This document shows, piece by piece, positions 37,386 through 46,896 of a stretch of DNA of 64,000 nt. Where the stretch lies: contig JARVJZ010000001.1 in assembly GCA_029775855.1 (NCBI GenBank), positions 224,001 to 288,000 of the forward strand, in the 5' to 3' direction. Position 1 is the first letter of the stretch; each line of letters begins with the position of its first letter. This DNA is from Nitrososphaeria archaeon (GTDB taxonomy: Archaea; Thermoproteota; Nitrososphaeria; Nitrososphaerales; JAAOZN01). A model generated the notes under the pieces. It did not search any database. It saw only the letters and a program-made list of their open reading frames with translations, and was not told where the DNA came from. A program made the translations under genes and the position numbers.

Positions 37386-38231
37386 TTAAGAGTTAAGCTG
37401 TTTAGCAGCCTTCACGAGGTTACTTAACAGCATTGTAATCAACATAGGCCCCAAACCACCTGGGACTGGCGTTATGGCTGAAGCTCTCTTCAACATATCG
37501 TCAAAGTCTACGTCGCCTACAACTTTGCCCTCAAGGTAGTTGTTTCCAGCGTCTATTATGACCGCTCCAGGTTTTATATGCACGCTTTTAATCAGCTTTG
37601 GCTTCGCTACATCCACTAAAAGCAGATCTGCTTCAGAGACGCAGCTTGGGACTGATGCTAGATCTTTAGGGTGAAGCCTAACTTTGGCGCCTAGATTCAG
37701 TGAAAGGGCTGCAAACGGTCTGCCTAAGATCACGCTGTCTCCCAAGATGTGTATGGTGTTTCCGTCGAAGTTGAATGATGACTGCTTGGCTAAATCTAGC
37801 GCCGCTAATGCGCCTGCTGAGACAAAACATTCTCTGCCAGCAAGTAGTAGACCGAGGCTTGATGAAGTGATGCCATCTACATCCTTCTCCACTGCGATTT
37901 GATCTATAGCTTTCTGTTCGTTGATATTCTTTGGTAGGGGTAGTTGGATGAGTATGCCGTGCACCTTCGGATCTTCATTTAGAGAGCGTATCATCTCATG
38001 TAATGCGCTCTGCTCTGTCTGCTCTGAAAGTGTAATTACTTTAGCTTCTGCGCCTATCCCTAGGCATGCTTCTGCCTTCCGCTTCACATAGTTTGCTGCG
38101 CCCCCGAGGTCTCCAACATGGATTAAAGCTATGGTGGGCACGATTCCCTTTTCTCTGAGTTTAGCGACTTGTTTAGAAAGCTCGCTTCGAATCTCTTTCG
38201 AACGCTCTCTTCCATCAAGTATCTTAACCAA
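37386..38231 (-). CDS. folD: FolD-family methylene-THF dehydrogenase/cyclohydrolase, divergent
   Basis: YVKRK, GILIQLPLP, KDVDG, GDVDF, TPVPGGLGP; the usual PCT and GRS motifs are replaced. Confidence 0.88.
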   Translation of the reverse strand: MVKILDGRERSKEIRSELSKQVAKLREKGIVPTIALIHVGDLGGAANYVKRKAEACLGIGAEAKVITLSEQTEQSALHEMIRSLNEDPKVHGILIQLPLPKNINEQKAIDQIAVEKDVDGITSSSLGLLLAGRECFVSAGALAALDLAKQSSFNFDGNTIHILGDSVILGRPFAALSLNLGAKVRLHPKDLASVPSCVSEADLLLVDVAKPKLIKSVHIKPGAVIIDAGNNYLEGKVVGDVDFDDMLKRASAITPVPGGLGPMLITMLLSNLVKAAKQLNS

Positions 38232-38313
38232 AACCCGCTCTCCACTTAGCGGAAGGAAGCTCTATTTTAGCTTTGAAAAACTCTAATAGTGATATGTTGT
38301 AAAGGTAGTTGGT

Positions 38314-39138
38314 TTGCTTAAAGTTGTATTCGCCAAAATAGGCATGATAGGCATAACCCCGATGATCGAAGGCTTGTTCGATGAAAGAGCTGTGCGCACA
38401 GATATTGTTGTTAGGTCGGTCTACTCAGGTTGTAAAATGGAGCCTTTTGACGCTAAAGAAGTGGTTGAAGCGGCTTTAGCTTTTAAACCTAACCTTATAA
38501 TCTTCGTATCCCCTTACTTACAAGGTGAAGGACCTTTAGAAGCGGTTGACCTCCTTTCTAAATGTGGTGTGCCTACTTGTGTTATAACCAATACTGCTTC
38601 AAAGGCAGTCTTAGATAAGTTAGAGATGAACAGTATCGGCTACATAGTTGTAGATGCAGATCCCATGATAGGTGCTAAAAAAGAGTTTCTTGACCCAGTT
38701 GAGATGTGCCTATTCAACAGTGACATAATAAGGGTTCTAGCGCTAACAGGGGTCTACAGAGCCATACAAGTTGAAGTGGATAAGATTATCAACTCCATCA
38801 AAAAAGGTGTTAAACCATATCTTCCTACGCTTATCTTAGATAAAGAGAAAGCTCTCAATTACGCTAACTACCAGAACCCATATGCTGCCGCTAAAGCGAT
38901 GGCTGCTTTCGAAGCCGCTAGGCTCGTCGCTGAACTTTCTACGCGAGGCTGCTACGCTGTCAAAGATGCGGTGAAGGCGCTTTACTATGTCTCAGCTTCA
39001 CACGAAGTTATGCGTTTAGCTTCGCTGCTAGCCGATGAAGCTAGAGAGATAGAAAAGGGCAAAGATAGGGTTGAGAGGCTGATACACTTAGCTGACGGAA
39101 CAGTAATCAGAAGGCTCAAGCTCTTAGATGGGTTATAA
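38314..39138 (+). CDS. mtd: F420-dependent methylene-H4MPT dehydrogenase homolog
   Basis: DERA.R, SG.KM, ADPMIGAKKEFLDPVEM..FN.D, NPYA.AKAMAA, ASHE, AREIEK. Confidence 0.92.
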   Translation: MLKVVFAKIGMIGITPMIEGLFDERAVRTDIVVRSVYSGCKMEPFDAKEVVEAALAFKPNLIIFVSPYLQGEGPLEAVDLLSKCGVPTCVITNTASKAVLDKLEMNSIGYIVVDADPMIGAKKEFLDPVEMCLFNSDIIRVLALTGVYRAIQVEVDKIINSIKKGVKPYLPTLILDKEKALNYANYQNPYAAAKAMAAFEAARLVAELSTRGCYAVKDAVKALYYVSASHEVMRLASLLADEAREIEKGKDRVERLIHLADGTVIRRLKLLDGL

Positions 39139-39357
39139 TATGCAAGGCTCTCATTAGAGGCGCTGCGGAAAAGCAAGTTGTTAGCCTTATAGATAAAGAT
39201 GTATATAGATGTAATTCTCTCGCACGAAGCCAGATGAGGTTATAGAGCGCACACAAATTTTTACCCAACCCGATTGCGTAGGTAGAATTATATGGCACAG
39301 CGTTAGATAAGTTGGAGTATGTGCTACCGGTTAAAAGGGGCGCGTGGCGCTAGTCAG

Positions 39358-40254
39358 CTACCACCATTTACAGCTATGTTTTGGAGTTTTCTCATTCTTA
39401 GCTGGCTTTCTGAATACAAATATGTGTTCGTGCATGATCTTATAGAAGTCGTAGTATCTGCCTCGCCATCTCCCTCGATCTGACATGACATTATGCTGTA
39501 ATTTTATTATATCCTCTTTCAAAACAAACCCAGCGTCTAAAAATTGCTGCATTACTCTGAAGGCTATAGGGATGAAGTGTCTTTGCTTCCGTGTATCACC
39601 TATAAGGATGCCGCAATATTTATTCTCCTTTAGCACTCTGTAGGATTCATCAGCTATCTTTCTCATAGCGCGCAAATACTCTATAAGATTAAGATTAGAG
39701 ATGTCTCCTTCTATTCGTTTCTTGCTGTAAGGTATGATATAAGCGTATGGTGGATGAGTGACTATAAGGTCAATACTTTCATCCTTAATCTCACTAAGTT
39801 TTCTTGCGTCACCCACATAGGTTCGTAGGATCGGTTCTTTGTAGTCTGAATTAAGGGGATTATAAGTGAAGTTTAACCTATCAAGTGTAACCATTATTGC
39901 ATCGGGATTTATATCAACACCTATGCCATTTCTTTGTAATAATTTGCATTCGACTAAAGTGGTGCCGCTGCCAACCATCTGGTCTAAGACCCAGTCACCT
40001 TTGTTTGAATACTTCAGAATCAGGTTACGGGGAATAAATGGTGAGAAGTTCCCCCGGTAGTCACCTATGTGAGTAGCCCAATCACCTCTATCTGGGAAAC
40101 TCCACACGGTCGTGCCTTCTAGCATGTAATCTTGCTTCGGTGCATATCGCCCAATCTTCCAAGAACCGTGAAGCTTGACTCTATGCCCCTCTATCAAGAC
40201 TTCTTTGTTATTCTTTAGGAATGTGATGTAATCTTCGTGTGTTATTTCTTTCAT
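39358..40254 (-). CDS. Orphan N4/N6 amino-DNA methyltransferase
   Basis: TTVWSFPDRGDWATH, DQMVGSGTT, THPPY, IGD, HEHIF; ATG 40254 preferred. Confidence 0.85.
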   Translation of the reverse strand: MKEITHEDYITFLKNNKEVLIEGHRVKLHGSWKIGRYAPKQDYMLEGTTVWSFPDRGDWATHIGDYRGNFSPFIPRNLILKYSNKGDWVLDQMVGSGTTLVECKLLQRNGIGVDINPDAIMVTLDRLNFTYNPLNSDYKEPILRTYVGDARKLSEIKDESIDLIVTHPPYAYIIPYSKKRIEGDISNLNLIEYLRAMRKIADESYRVLKENKYCGILIGDTRKQRHFIPIAFRVMQQFLDAGFVLKEDIIKLQHNVMSDRGRWRGRYYDFYKIMHEHIFVFRKPAKNEKTPKHSCKWW

Positions 40255-40422
40255 ATCTGCTACCCTTCTACACCCATCTTCTTTACTAATCACCTTTTTC
40301 TTCTACATATATCTCTCTTTAAGATAGGCAATTAATGTTGCTCTTTGGCTGCTTTAGCAAAATTGTGATAATAATTAGTATATGAATGTTTATTTCATAC
40401 ACATATAATCAATATAATGCAG

Positions 40423-41472
40423 TTAGGCGATCTTAACACCCTTGACTATGACCCCTCTGCCTCTAACAACTTTACCTATAGGTTTTGCGTCAAAACCGTG
40501 TCTTTTAAAGATCTTCCCAACCTCGTCTACACAATCACCTCTGGTTACTACACAGAAGCCTACCCCCATGTTGAATGTGCGATACATTTCTTCATTACTT
40601 AACTCACCTTCTTTTTGAATCAGCTTAAAGATAGGCTGAGGCTCAGGCGGATCGTCGAGATTAAACCCTAGATTTGAGCCTTTGGTTAAACGAGTAAGTT
40701 TAGAGAAAGCACCTCCAGTGATATGCGCTAACCCTGAGACGTAGATCTTCTTTCTTAGGATTTCGAGCACGGGTTTAACATAGATTAATGTAGGCTCGAG
40801 TAGTTCATCCCCTAGACTACGGTTTAACGGTGGAACTGTCTCATCTAAACTGTATTTGTTTAAGAGAAGCTTCCTAGCAAGGGTTAGACCGTTTGAATGT
40901 ATGCCTGAGCTGTTTACACCAACGACCACTTCACCAACATCTATCTTCTCCCCAGTCACCAAATTATCCTTCTCAACCAAGCCTACTACCGCGCCGGCTA
41001 GATCGAAGGTTCTCTCATCTTCAGCCAAAAGGTCTGGTAGAACAGCGGTTTCACCTCCTACAACCGCTACATCAGCCATAGATGCGCCTTTAGCAACGCC
41101 TTCAGCCACCTCTTTAATCAGATGCTCATCAGGCTTCTTTAAGGCGAGGTAGTCTAGCAATGCTAGCGGCTCAGCACCCACACAGATGATGTCGTTGACG
41201 TTCATAGCTACGCAGTCTATGCCTACGGTGTTGTATCTGTTTAGCTTCTGCGCTATAATTACCTTTGTGCCAACCCCGTCTATGTGCAAGGCAAGGAGCC
41301 TACCATCATTCAAATCTATTAGCCCAGCGTAGTGCCCTATGCCATAATAGACTGAGCCGACTTTCCCTCTTCTGAATTTGAAGGTTGATGAGAATATCTT
41401 CGCAAGCTCGTTTTGTCTACGCTTTATCTCATTTACATCCACTCCAGCCTCGGCGTAGGATTTGGGCTTCAT
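40423..41472 (-). CDS. purM: AIR synthase
   Basis: YAEAGVD, DGVGTK, GGETA, SSGIHSNG, HITGG, TFNMG. Confidence 0.97.
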   Translation of the reverse strand: MKPKSYAEAGVDVNEIKRRQNELAKIFSSTFKFRRGKVGSVYYGIGHYAGLIDLNDGRLLALHIDGVGTKVIIAQKLNRYNTVGIDCVAMNVNDIICVGAEPLALLDYLALKKPDEHLIKEVAEGVAKGASMADVAVVGGETAVLPDLLAEDERTFDLAGAVVGLVEKDNLVTGEKIDVGEVVVGVNSSGIHSNGLTLARKLLLNKYSLDETVPPLNRSLGDELLEPTLIYVKPVLEILRKKIYVSGLAHITGGAFSKLTRLTKGSNLGFNLDDPPEPQPIFKLIQKEGELSNEEMYRTFNMGVGFCVVTRGDCVDEVGKIFKRHGFDAKPIGKVVRGRGVIVKGVKIA

Positions 41473-41511
41473 CCCTCTGTTGGTATGCTGCCCTCTTATT
41501 TTACTACTCCG

Positions 41512-42360
41512 CTAAAGGCGTCTTCCAGATATGAGTTCGTAGGCTGTTATGTATCTTCTTAAGGTTTCTTCTACAAGGTCTGGAGGCAGATTTGGTGGTG
41601 TAGGTGGCTGCAGACCAGCCTTCCTAGCCTCCTCTAACTTATCTCTAAATGAAACCTTAATCAGCCAGTCTCTAACGATCTGTTTATCGTAGCTCTTCTG
41701 CTCCTCTCCAACTTTATACTCTGACTTTAGCCAAAGTCTAAATTCGTCTGGACCGAGTGAGTCTGCGAGTATGATCTTGCCTTCTTTATCTCTTCCGAAC
41801 TCAAACTTTACATCAGCGATTATAAAGCCAGCTCTTTCGGCTTGCTTCTTCATCTCAGTGTAGAGTTTGATTGAGTTTTCTTCGAGTTGGTTGTATTCCT
41901 CTGCTGTTAGAAGGCCTTGTGCAACCGCATCTACTTTAGTTATGGGTAGGTCTTTGGTTTCAGACTTTGTCGTTGGGTCGAAGACTGGTTCGGGTAGTTC
42001 TTCTGCAAGCTTCAGATCTTTATCTACCCTAATCAGACCCTTTTTTATTCGCTCGTAGTAGCTTCCGTAATTGTATCCTCTAACCACACACTCTAAAGGT
42101 ATCATATCTAGCTTCTTAGTAATCATTTTGTTTGGATGGATTATTTCGAGCATGTGGTTAGGGTAAGGTAGCACTCTGAACCAAAATTCGCTGAATCTGC
42201 ATAGCACCTCACCCTTTCTGGGTATGGGTGTGGGAAGCACCACATCAAACGCTGAAACTCTATCTGAGAAGACGAACATCAACCTATCTTCGCCATATTG
42301 GTAGACATCCTTAACTTTACCACTTTTTATGAACCTTAAGTTTGATGATGGTGCAGCCAT
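41512..42360 (-). CDS. purC: SAICAR synthase
   Basis: GKVKDVY, SDRVSAFD, ECVVRGY, DVKFEFG, SYDKQ. Confidence 0.96.
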   Translation of the reverse strand: MAAPSSNLRFIKSGKVKDVYQYGEDRLMFVFSDRVSAFDVVLPTPIPRKGEVLCRFSEFWFRVLPYPNHMLEIIHPNKMITKKLDMIPLECVVRGYNYGSYYERIKKGLIRVDKDLKLAEELPEPVFDPTTKSETKDLPITKVDAVAQGLLTAEEYNQLEENSIKLYTEMKKQAERAGFIIADVKFEFGRDKEGKIILADSLGPDEFRLWLKSEYKVGEEQKSYDKQIVRDWLIKVSFRDKLEEARKAGLQPPTPPNLPPDLVEETLRRYITAYELISGRRL

Positions 42361-42800
42361 TAAAGCTTCCCTCTTCTGTAAAGCATAACCTTCTCCTGTA
42401 TGCTTGGATCCTTTAACCCTAAGATCTCAGCTGCAAGCAGAGCCCCATTCTCTGGGTTATCAACCCCTACACATGCTACTGGCACTCCTCTGGGCATCTG
42501 AACGATGGAGAGCAGTGAATCAAGACCAGCAAGTGCTTTATTAATTGGGACACCTATTACAGGCTTAACGGTTCTTGATGCTATGTAGCCTGGCAAGTGA
42601 GCTGATAATCCAGCGATGGCTACGAACACCTCAGCCTTAGAGTTTGAGATGTATATGTCTAAATCCTCGGGGTTTCTGTGCGCTGATAAATAGGCTACAT
42701 CATACTTTAGGTTTAGCTTACTTAGAACATCCTCTGCTCTCTTGACATATTCAGCATCACTTTTAGAGCCTGCGATGATGCAGATGGGTGCTTCACCCAT
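42360..42800 (-). CDS. purE: N5-CAIR mutase
   Basis: GSKSD, SAHRNP, AGLSAHLPG, VQMPRGVPV. Confidence 0.96.
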   Translation of the reverse strand: MGEAPICIIAGSKSDAEYVKRAEDVLSKLNLKYDVAYLSAHRNPEDLDIYISNSKAEVFVAIAGLSAHLPGYIASRTVKPVIGVPINKALAGLDSLLSIVQMPRGVPVACVGVDNPENGALLAAEILGLKDPSIQEKVMLYRRGKL

Positions 42801-42873
42801 ACAAGGAATGTCTTAGACTCTGTTTAAAAAATGTTTGCAATCCTTAAATTGCACTTTCTAACCTAAATTCAGT

Positions 42874-43338
42874 ATGCAATCTATAGGTCCTGAGGTTTAC
42901 AGATGTGAAGCATCTATAAGCTGGGACGGAAAGACTGGGGGTTCTGTTAAGAGTAGGAGGTTTGAGTTGCTCTTTGATATGCCTGAGGAGTTTGGGGGCT
43001 TGGGCAGAAGTTTCTGCCCAGATGAGCTCTTTTTATCTGCTGTTGGCTGCTGCTTGATAACCACCTTCCTAAGTTTTAAGAGACGATTTAACCTTACTAT
43101 AAATAGGTTGAACGCGAAGGTAGAAGGCGAAATTAAGCTCTTGGGCAGCGAAGGCTACCGTATAAAATCCATAAAAGTCAAGTTGGAAGCATCGGCATCT
43201 GAAGATGAGGTTAATAGGGTTAGAAGATACCTTGAGCTCGCAAAAGAATACTGCCACATCACACGCTCAATAGAAGGATGCATACCGATAGATGTCCAGA
43301 TAGAAGTCTCAAGCGAACAGACGCCTAAGAAAGATTAA
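42874..43338 (+). CDS. OsmC/Ohr family protein
   Basis: FGG....PDELFLSAVGCC, C-terminal YCHI. Confidence 0.88.
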   Translation: MQSIGPEVYRCEASISWDGKTGGSVKSRRFELLFDMPEEFGGLGRSFCPDELFLSAVGCCLITTFLSFKRRFNLTINRLNAKVEGEIKLLGSEGYRIKSIKVKLEASASEDEVNRVRRYLELAKEYCHITRSIEGCIPIDVQIEVSSEQTPKKD

Positions 43339-44163
43339 TCCAGCCTCAGCCAACCGATCTTGTGAATCAGACTTAGGAGACCAAATACGCATAGCAGCTG
43401 CGAAAGCCTGATCCTTTGGAGTAAACGATTCTATCACACACATCCCATTGTAGCCTATGCCCTTTACAGCATCAGCAACCTCCCTCCAGTTTACTGTACC
43501 TGTGCCCGGTGCACCTCGATTTGACTCTGAGGTGTGTAAGTGGTATAATTTTTTACCAGCAGATCTTATGGCTTCGCCTAGACTTCTCTCCTCTATATTC
43601 ATGTGGAACGTGTCAAGTAGTAGCCCCACGTTTTCTTCTCCTATCTTATTCACAAGGTTTAGCCCGTCTGATGCTGTGTTAATCAGAGTTATATCGTATC
43701 TGTTGAGGGGTTCAAGTGCCACTTTCACTCCTAAATCTTTAGCCTTCTTCACAACCGGCTTTAACGCTTCAGTGGCAGATGCGATAAGCTCAATCTTCTC
43801 TTCATTGGTTAAGAATCTTAGATCGCCTACAGCTGCATAAATAGGGCCTGCGACCACCTCAGCTCCAAGTTTTGAAGCGGCTTCAACAACATACTCAAGA
43901 TACCTTAAAGCGTTGACCTTTACACTTTGATCTACACTCAGAGGGTTTGTATGTGGGAAGCAACCTGCTGTTACAGCAACACTTAGATTGGTTGTAGTTA
44001 GGTGTTGCTTAACACATTCGATTGGGAAGTTGGTGTCTAAGATTGGTAGTTCAACAGCATCGAAACCCATCTTGCTTATCTTCTCTATTAGGCTTGCATT
44101 CTCTACAGATACTGCTGGTTCCCATATCCAGAAGTGTGCGCCTATCCTCATATCCAAAAGCAT
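43309..44163 (-). CDS. Sugar 3-epimerase/isomerase (D-tagatose/psicose epimerase-like TIM barrel)
   Basis: GFDAVE, EPLNRY, DTFHMNIEE, H..ESNRG.PGTG, ESF. Confidence 0.88.
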   Translation of the reverse strand: MLLDMRIGAHFWIWEPAVSVENASLIEKISKMGFDAVELPILDTNFPIECVKQHLTTTNLSVAVTAGCFPHTNPLSVDQSVKVNALRYLEYVVEAASKLGAEVVAGPIYAAVGDLRFLTNEEKIELIASATEALKPVVKKAKDLGVKVALEPLNRYDITLINTASDGLNLVNKIGEENVGLLLDTFHMNIEERSLGEAIRSAGKKLYHLHTSESNRGAPGTGTVNWREVADAVKGIGYNGMCVIESFTPKDQAFAAAMRIWSPKSDSQDRLAEAGLIFLRRLFA

Positions 44164-44285
44164 TTACCATATGTTCTAAATAAGCATTTTATAACTTACT
44201 AAACATATATATCGTAAGATTTATATCTGAAATCTGCCTACTTATACCCAAGCTTCCAGTATAAATATTATATTATGAAGGTGGG

Positions 44286-45782
44286 TTGGGTTTGAATGGC
44301 GTCGAGTACATAAATAGAGCTTTAAACCTTTCATCACTTGGAATATATATTCACGCAATCACGATAGCTATAGTGTTAGGCTTCTCCTTAGCACTACTCA
44401 TATTAGAGTTAATAGGTATAAGGCGAAAAGACGCCCTTCTCTTAAAAGCCGCTAAAACAATATCCTTGGTTATTCTCATCGTCTTCGTCTACGGAGCAGC
44501 CACTGGCACACTTGTCGAATTTGGGCTACTACAAGTTTGGAGTGGTGTGCTTTTGGTGGCTGGGAGCTTTGCCTTCATACCCTTCTACCTCGAGCTCATA
44601 GCATTCGTTTTAGAGGCTGCTACACTTATAGCCCTCTACTACACCTGGGGTAAGTTTCGCAACCCTTGGTCCCATTGGATGTTAACACTCACATACACCT
44701 TCGCAGCCTTCCTCTCAGGAGCTCTTATAACATCTGTTAACTCTTGGATGCAAGCACCTTGGGGTGTTGGAGATGTTGTTAAAATGATCTATCCTTGGGC
44801 ACCTACTTATGGTCCTCTGGTTGTTAATGTCGATTTCCTCATAAGTTTGAAGGATGCTTTAGTTTCAGCAAGTGGTAGTGTAGGCGGAGGAGTTGCGTTG
44901 GTAAATCCAGAGATTCTAAGCACATTATCCGCTAAATTCGGTGAGCTACTTAACGACCCTTGGATAGCTTTGAAGAGCCCCTACTCTAATCAAAGCATAC
45001 TTCACCAGCTTTTAGCATCATCTTCAGTAGGCGTATTCTGGGCTGCTTCAGGCTTCGCTCTTCTAATACTTAGAAAAAAGGGAGAGAGCGAATACTACTT
45101 CAAGGCTGTAAAGACGCTTGCTGCCATAGGTGCGGTTCTGGTCTTGGCTCAAGGAGCAACAGCCCATTGGATGGGTGCCGTTGTGTATGAATATCAACCA
45201 ACAAAATTTGCTTTAATAGCTGGCTTAGATGTCTCAAAACCAGATCCAATAGTTGGGCTTACAATGTTTGGTGACCCAAATTACATCTTTGACGGCTTTG
45301 ATAAATTAGTTGAAGCGGCTAAGAATCATCCTAACCCTAATCTTATTATAGGCGGTGTTTCTGCTGCTGAAATCGCAGTAGCTGATACTGTTGCAGCATC
45401 TAAAAACATGAATCTTGTTTACCCGATGTATACGACTAAGGTTGCTGTAGCTGGTTTAAGCCTACTTATTTCCCTTGCAATCCTTTCAATCTTCGTCTTC
45501 AGGAGATTCTGGGAGGGGAGAAGAAGTCTTCTAGTTTATCTGGCTTTGACTATGGGGTTGTTCACGCCGCTTATGTCTGGTTTAGGTTGGGCTGTAAGAG
45601 AGATCGGGAGAAAGCCTTGGACAGTATATGGACTCGTCTATCCTCATGAGATCATTACACCACTAGGAGGCTCAACATGGGTTGCTACCGTTGTCATAGG
45701 AGGCTTAGTTGTTGGCTTCATATTGATGTGCTTAACGATCTACCTAGCCTTAACTAGGAGGTTAAAGATAGGAGGTAAATAA
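44286..45782 (+). CDS. cydA: Cytochrome bd oxidase subunit I
   Basis: IH, GAATG, NSWMQAP, YQPTK, GWAVREIGRKPW. Confidence 0.92.
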   Translation: MGLNGVEYINRALNLSSLGIYIHAITIAIVLGFSLALLILELIGIRRKDALLLKAAKTISLVILIVFVYGAATGTLVEFGLLQVWSGVLLVAGSFAFIPFYLELIAFVLEAATLIALYYTWGKFRNPWSHWMLTLTYTFAAFLSGALITSVNSWMQAPWGVGDVVKMIYPWAPTYGPLVVNVDFLISLKDALVSASGSVGGGVALVNPEILSTLSAKFGELLNDPWIALKSPYSNQSILHQLLASSSVGVFWAASGFALLILRKKGESEYYFKAVKTLAAIGAVLVLAQGATAHWMGAVVYEYQPTKFALIAGLDVSKPDPIVGLTMFGDPNYIFDGFDKLVEAAKNHPNPNLIIGGVSAAEIAVADTVAASKNMNLVYPMYTTKVAVAGLSLLISLAILSIFVFRRFWEGRRSLLVYLALTMGLFTPLMSGLGWAVREIGRKPWTVYGLVYPHEIITPLGGSTWVATVVIGGLVVGFILMCLTIYLALTRRLKIGGK

Positions 45783-45783
45783 G

Positions 45784-46893
45784 ATGGACCCGCTACCCGC
45801 GCTACTGGTTTTAGCTTTCGTGTTGTTGGTGCACCTAACATTTGTAAACATAAACATAGGCTTAGGCTTCCTTAGCGTTGCAGCAAGATGGAGATCTAAA
45901 AGCGACCCAAAGGCTGAAGAATTATCAAAGCACTCGGTTAAATTTGTCGCAGCGAACGAAGTGGTCTCAGGAGTCTACGGCACACTCATCACTGTAATCC
46001 TATTCGGATTCTGGACAGGTTTTGTCAACGTTGTGGTGCAGGTACTCTTCTTCGCTTTACTTATCAGCGTGATAGCTATAATCATTAGGTTGACATCCAT
46101 CGCGGCATACTGGTATACTTGGGGCAGAATCGGGGTTAATGCACACCTTATTATAGGCTTGATCATGGCTATTTCTGGTCTCTTCATACCAGCAGGCTTC
46201 AGATACATCTTCGCATTCATGAATAACCCTGCTGGACTTATGCGTATATCTCCTTTGGAGGGGGATGTGGCTGCTGCTCTCTCTAACCCCCTTTATCCGC
46301 CACTGCTACTACATACTTGGGTCGGCGCTCTGTCAATAGGCTTCTTAGCTGCTGCCACTGGATTCGCTTGGGCTTCTAAGCGCAGCGAGTATCTCAGAGG
46401 CTGGGCTGCTAAAACAGCTCTAGTCGGGGCGCTTCTAATAATTCCACAGGGAATTGTGGGCTTCTGGTATTGGTCAAGCCTCAGCAGCCACTCACCAATC
46501 TTGTTCAACGCGCTCAACATTGGGTTGATAAGCGGAGTTTCTGCGCAGACGAATGTCTCACACTCTTTTCTCGCGATGGTTTTGATCGGCCTTTACTTAC
46601 TAACAGCTGGTCTCATCTACTATGCTGAGCCAAGTAGGATACGGTTAGCCTACACACTAGCACCTTTATCCATACTATCACTATACTTCGGTGAAATAAC
46701 TCAAAACTGGGGTAGGATGCCCTATCTCATATTGCAAGGAGACACAGGTTTAGATGTGAATCTTTTCGTGAATAAGTTGGTGTATATAGATGCAGCGACT
46801 ATAATGATAGCCATAGCACCTATTGCTGTGATAACTATAGGGTTTGTTGCTCTCCTCTACCACTACCTAGTTAAAGGCTTCATGGAGAGTTAA
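45784..46893 (+). CDS. CydA' second subunit of a CydAA'-type bd oxidase
   Basis: CydA-like (VHL, SGVYG, FMNNPAG, NPLYPPLLLHT, GR.PY) rather than CydB-like. Confidence 0.8.
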   Translation: MDPLPALLVLAFVLLVHLTFVNINIGLGFLSVAARWRSKSDPKAEELSKHSVKFVAANEVVSGVYGTLITVILFGFWTGFVNVVVQVLFFALLISVIAIIIRLTSIAAYWYTWGRIGVNAHLIIGLIMAISGLFIPAGFRYIFAFMNNPAGLMRISPLEGDVAAALSNPLYPPLLLHTWVGALSIGFLAAATGFAWASKRSEYLRGWAAKTALVGALLIIPQGIVGFWYWSSLSSHSPILFNALNIGLISGVSAQTNVSHSFLAMVLIGLYLLTAGLIYYAEPSRIRLAYTLAPLSILSLYFGEITQNWGRMPYLILQGDTGLDVNLFVNKLVYIDAATIMIAIAPIAVITIGFVALLYHYLVKGFMES

Positions 46894-46896
46894 AGT

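Noticed and set aside
38314-39138. mtd as evidence of methanogenesis
   Set aside because: No mcr/mtr in the window; Mtd occurs in non-methanogens, and an O2 reductase is present.
39116-39298. 60-aa minus-strand ORF as a restriction endonuclease
   Set aside because: Too short, no nuclease motif, and overlaps mtd antisense.
44217-44235. AGATTT-N7-AAATCT inverted repeat upstream of cydA
   Set aside because: Only 6 bp in AT-rich DNA and not repeated at other respiratory promoters here.
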